NCBI RefSeq assembly: GCF_035084215.1
Contig: NC_090345.1
Location: 14,322,001 to 14,386,000, forward strand
Direction: 5' to 3'
Length of the DNA stretch: 64,000 nt
Origin: Heptranchias perlo
Taxonomy: Eukaryota
The position numbers and the translations under genes are program-made. Each line of letters starts with the position of its first letter. Positions within the stretch are counted from its first letter, which is position 1. Under the pieces are notes generated by a model. The model did no database searches. It was not told where the DNA came from and worked only from the letters and a program-made list of their open reading frames with translations. Shown piece after piece: positions 60,101 through 64,000 of the stretch.

Positions 60101-61557
60101 ATTTAATTAATTGAATTTTTAAATTCGCCAGCCGCCGTGGCGGGATTTGAACTCGTGACTCTGGATTTTAGTCCAGGCCTCTGGATTACTAGCCCAGTAA
60201 CATAACCACTACGCTACCGTACCCTTCTGAACCTCTAGGCAAACCTGGGAGAACAACATTCTAGGTATTGCTTTTTAAGTAGTCACCAGCAGAGTTTGAG
60301 AATTAGAGGTATTGCTAGATGCACTTTTTGCTGGGGGTGTTGATGTAGAGTTTCCTTCCTGACTATCCATATCACTTTTTTGGGGTAAGTGCATAGAATG
60401 CTTTACAGAACTTGGTTATTTTACTTAAAATATTTTAGGGAAATGGTTGGGACCCCTTAGAACAAGCGTAAAAGCTTACTGTACATGTAATTGCTTTACT
60501 ATGTGGCTTCAATGAGTGAAACATATCCTTGCTCTTTAGAAAGATCTTGGTTAGATAAACACTACACATTAGTTTGCTAACTGAGAAATAATTCATAATT
60601 CACTTAAGTGTGCAGGAATAGGAAGTTGTTTTGCATGGTGTTCTGTTTGTTTTGAGGTCGCAAATAAGCTTCATACTTGATTTTAAAATAATTGCAAAGC
60701 CTTTGAATGCAGCCAGTTTATACAAACTCCTGTGCTGGTGAGTAAAGTGTGTGGTCAGTATTATACCAGTTGATCTTGTAGTCATTGTGCACTCTGGTGT
60801 TGGCTGTACCTGGAAGCTCTGTAATGATAAAATGTCTAGATTATAACTTTTAAAAAGCCAGTCAACACTCCAACCAAACTGCTGCAGGTAAGAGATCTAA
60901 AAGGACATCCAGACCAGAAAACTGCTGACAAATGTTGCAGTTTTCTTGATCGGCCATGTCTGTTGAAACCAATTGCAATGTCCATTTAAAATAGATTTAA
61001 CATTAGCTTATTGGCTTTGGTTTGCAGAATTTGTCAGCTGTATGGGCATCCATAATAAATGGAACCGATTTTAGTGCTTACTTCCCTTTCCAACAGTAGG
61101 ATGGATCCCGAGTGAAATTGTCAAACTTGCCTAATAGGGAGGAAGATCAAGTATAGTGTTGGTTTAGATGTGGACTAGAATGGTATCTCCTAATTGAATC
61201 CAGTGTTTTATTTTTAACTATCAAGCATCTGTATTCATCTTGAAAATATTACAACTGTGTGGGAAATAAAACTTTCATAGTCTACGAAGTTATGGATTAA
61301 TGGGGATTCTGGTACAGTTTTTGTTTCTAAAGCATGTTTATTTTATAGGAAGCTTTCAAAGCAGTTGAAGACATTCATGGACTGTTCTCTTTGTCCAAGA
61401 AGCCTCCCAAGCCCCAGCTGATGGCTAACTACTATAATAAAGTTTCCACAGTATTCTGGAAATCAGGAAACGCTCTGTTTCATGCATCCACTCTTCACCG
61501 ACTGTACCACTTATCCAGAGAGATGAGAAAGAATCTTTCACCAGAGGAGATGCAGAG
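44913..61557 (+). CDS. EIF3A: Eukaryotic translation initiation factor 3 subunit A, exons 1-6 (gene continues beyond the window)
   Basis: join(44913-44961,51176-51366,53836-53972,57718-57881,59213-59412,61349-61557); [45 protein letters not shown]... is the eIF3a N-terminus. Confidence 0.98.
46005..47232 (+). mobile_element. Degenerate CR1 LINE (RT to 3' UTR)
   Basis: [31 protein letters not shown] and KGDLIEVFK fragments with stops and frameshifts; tail cctgttcctatg. Confidence 0.88.
48025..50780 (-). mobile_element. Degenerate, nearly full-length L2 LINE (APE + RT)
   Basis: [17 protein letters not shown] near 50480-50580; [36 protein letters not shown] and YADN; L2 tail near 48030. Confidence 0.88.
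49806..49976. mobile_element. Penelope-like fold-back element (second family) nested in L2, 14-bp TSD
   Basis: Inverted CAGAAAATGCTGGAAACACTCAGC / GCTGAGTGTTTCCAGCATTTTCTG plus a one-sided tail; ACAGTTGTAAATGA at 49792-49805 and 49977-49990. Confidence 0.82.
51176..51366 (+). CDS. EIF3A: EIF3A exon 2
   Basis: [14 protein letters not shown]...YKNICQQ, 191 nt. Confidence 0.97.
51860..52540 (-). mobile_element. Highly decayed L2 3' fragment
   Basis: Reverse similarity to 16990-17750. Confidence 0.65.
53127..53536 (-). mobile_element. Penelope-like element fragment: GIY-YIG endonuclease pseudo-ORF and 3' UTR
   Basis: Minus strand translates [22 protein letters not shown]...HFNSPSHS...[27 protein letters not shown]. 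Confidence 0.88.
53836..53972 (+). CDS. EIF3A: EIF3A exon 3
   Basis: [46 protein letters not shown], 137 nt. Confidence 0.97.
55330..56520 (+). mobile_element. Decayed pogo/Tigger DDE transposase relic
   Basis: FNADET at 55713-55730, followed by FYKLL and [15 protein letters not shown]; many stops. Confidence 0.75.
56760..57420. mobile_element. Non-autonomous DNA transposon related to 22233-24173
   Basis: Shared body; end gcaatttccagccc. Confidence 0.65.
57718..57881 (+). CDS. EIF3A: EIF3A exon 4
   Basis: [31 protein letters not shown]...DIAQQ, 164 nt. Confidence 0.97.
57940..58850 (-). mobile_element. Ancient CR1 fragment
   Basis: Reverse complement contains ttggaataccatctgcagttttgg (LEY..QFW-like) and other CR1 ORF2-end remnants. 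Confidence 0.6.
59213..59412 (+). CDS. EIF3A: EIF3A exon 5
   Basis: [22 protein letters not shown]...SMELWQ, 200 nt. Confidence 0.97.
59865..60224 (-). mobile_element. Young tRNA-headed SINE sharing its 3' tail with the LINE at 62828-64000
   Basis: Head GGGTACGGTAGCGTAGTGG (A box) ... GAGTTCAAATCC (B box); tail gggatgggcaataaatgccggccttgccagcgacgcccacatccc. Confidence 0.88.
61349..61557 (+). CDS. EIF3A: EIF3A exon 6
   Basis: [29 protein letters not shown]...EEMQR, 209 nt. Confidence 0.97.
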
Positions 61558-62827
61558 GTGCAAAATAAATTTAACTGTATATGTGATGAACACCGAGGTT
61601 CTTTCTTTAGGTTGTAATAACATTTTGGGGGGGAAGACACCATGCCGATCCGGTGGAACACTGCAGCATTAAAAAAAATATGTTGAGGTGCAATTGGTGC
61701 ACTAATATCCTACACCACAGAGTGGCACGCTGCAGGTTCACACCTGCAATTTTCCCATGAGGGTGAAAGTTCCCAATCTCTAGGACTGTTCGTAGGTGCT
61801 TCCCATGGGTGGGGTGAAATGAATAATACGGTGAGTGAATCTGGGCCATGGTCACGCCTGCTATTGATTGGCTGTATGACATTTACAGATGAGATTGCCC
61901 ATTCATGCTTTTGAAGGCAAAATTGTGTATGTAGCATGGGAGAAAGAGGAAGGTAACCGTAACGACAGTTAGTTAAATTTGGTTGCATAACATAATTAGG
62001 GTTTTCACTGACTTGAGTATAAACTGTTTTTGACATCTTTAATGTACACTATGTTCACACAATTAACCATAAATGGATATTTCTAAATCTATTAAGCGTG
62101 GCTTCTTCAGTTAAAGTGGTACAAAATGTTTTTTTTGTGGCATGTTGATTTACAGCTGGCTGCTTATTCATCACCCATGCTGCTTGTTCATTACCGAAGC
62201 TGCCCTATTTAATTTACGTCTTTATGACAGCATAATTTAAAAATTAGCATTTTACAGCACAAATCAATTCATCTCCATTATTAAAATCATTTTTAGCAAA
62301 AGAAAACTTGGCAATGCAATGAGCAAGACTTGATCATTTCTTCTAGCAAAAAAAAATCTGTCAAATTTGAAAATGCTTTGCAATCTCTGTTAGACCTGCT
62401 AGCTTACAATCTAAATTAGGCAGGAACTACCTCAACATCAAAGTGATGGAAGATGTCGTCAACAGTCCCTTCTCAAAAAAAAAAATAGTATTCACTTCTG
62501 AAATTCAAATAGTTACTGGTTCCTTACTTTACCATTAACATAATGTTTTAGTACTGTTGTTGGGTTGTAGCTTTTTTTGCTAGAATTAGATTTTCCTCCC
62601 ATTCAAAGAAAAATGCATATTTGTACAGTCATGCTAAGCATTTTTTTTTAATATGGGGCACAAGAAAATGAGGAAAGAGAAGTGCATTTTTAAAATACTC
62701 TAATGTTTTTTTTTAAAAATACATTTTTGGTCTTTTTGAAATTTAATTCTTGAAGTCCAAACTTTTTAATCTTTTTAGCTACAGCAGCCATAATGGATTC
62801 AAGTTGGAATGCGTTTAATGGTATTGA

Positions 62828-64000
62828 TTTTTTTTCATTCGTTCATGGGATGTGGGCGTCGCTGGCAAGGCCAGCATTTATTGCCCATCCCTAATTGCCC
62901 TTGAGAAGGTGGTGGTGAGCAGCCTTCTTGAACTGCTGCAGTCCGTGTGGTGAAGGTTCTCCTACAGTGCTGTTAGGTAGGGAGTTTCAGGATTTTGACC
63001 CAGTGACGACGAAGGAACGGCGATATATTTCCAAGTCGGGATGGTGTGTGACTTGGGGAACGTGCAGGTGACGTTGTTCCCATGTACCTGCTGCTCTTGT
63101 CCTTCTACGTGGTAGAGGTTGTGAGTTTGGGAGGCGCTGTCAAAGAAGCCTTGGCAAGTTGCTGCAGTGCGTCCTGTAGATGGTACATGGTGCGCTGGTG
63201 GTGAAGGGAGTGAATGTTTAGGGTGGTGGATGGGGTGCCAATCAAGTGGACTGCTTTATCCTGGATGGTGTTGAGCTTCTTGAGTCCTGTTGGAGCTGCA
63301 CTCATCCAGGCAAATGGAGAGTATTCCATCACACCCCTGACTTGTGCCTTGTAGATTGTGTAAAGGCTTTGGGGAGTCAGGAGGTGAGTCACTCGCTGCA
63401 GAATACCCAACCTCTGTCCTCCTCTTGTAGCCACAGTATTTATGTGGCTGGTCCAGTTAAGTTTGTGGTCAATGGTGACCCCCAGGATGTTGATGGTGGG
63501 GGATTCGGCGATGGTAATGCCATTGAATGTCAAGGGGAGGTGGTTAGACTCTTGTTGGAGCTGGTCATTGCCTGGCACTTGCCTGGCGCAAATGTTACTT
63601 GCCACTTATCAGCCCAAGCCTGGATGTTCTCCAGGTCTTGCTGCATGCGGGCACGGACTGCTTCATTATCTGCGGGGTTGCGAATGGAACTGAACACTGT
63701 GCAGTCATCAGCGAACATCCCCATTTCTGACCTTATGATGGAGGGAAGGTTATTAATGAAGCAGCTGAAGATGGTTGGGCATAGGACACTGAGGAACTCC
63801 AGCAGCAATGTCCTGGGGCTGAGATGATTGTCCTCCAACAACCACTACCATCTTCCATTGTGCTAGGTATGACTCCAGCCACTGGAGAGTTTTCCCCCTG
63901 ATTCCCATTGACTTCAATTTTACTAGGGCTCCTTGGTCCCACATTCGGTCAAATGCTGCCTTGATGTCAAGGGCAGTCACTCTCGCCTCGCCTCTGGGAT
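62828..64000 (-). mobile_element. Non-LTR retrotransposon (CR1/Jockey-group RT), frameshifted, runs off the window
   Basis: ALDIKAAFDR, AGVPQ, FINNLP, FADDCTVF and WADKWQVTFAPGKC; 3' end aataaatgctggcc...gaacgaatg(A)n. Confidence 0.92.

Noticed and set aside
60140-60224. tRNA gene
   Set aside because: A and B boxes belong to a SINE head; no complete cloverleaf or T-run terminator, and SINE body follows
61583-61680. Box C-like GTGATGA just after EIF3A exon 6
   Set aside because: No box D (CTGA) at a suitable distance and no terminal stem
44962-64000. Intronic snoRNA (SNORA19 is hosted by EIF3A in human)
   Set aside because: No recognisable match or convincing H/ACA hairpins in introns 1-6; it probably lies downstream of the window

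Overview
Vertebrate genomic DNA, most likely a shark or other cartilaginous fish (inferred from DeuSINE/SacSINE1-like SINEs and the CR1, L2 and Penelope families; the species cannot be determined). I reconstructed three spliced genes by eye, all with canonical GT-AG boundaries and consistent phase: complete SFXN4 (+, 14 coding exons, 294-18944, 320 aa), complete DENND10/FAM45A (-, 9 coding exons, 41896-29160, 350 aa), and the first 6 exons of EIF3A (+, from 44913). This matches the human SFXN4-DENND10-EIF3A neighbourhood as I recall it. Introns and intergenic DNA are rich in CR1, L2, Tx1, Penelope, SINE, MITE and Tigger relics. Main highlights: (1) short Penelope-derived elements with target-site duplications, fold-back structure and minimal hammerhead ribozymes, including a 240-bp unit with X-box, TATA, intact hammerhead and AATAAA; (2) a 32-bp minisatellite next to SFXN4 exon 1 in which every unit carries a CTCF-like motif; (3) tRNA-headed SINEs that look like internal-deletion derivatives of a LINE also present here. 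Family names come from recalled consensus features; no database search was run.
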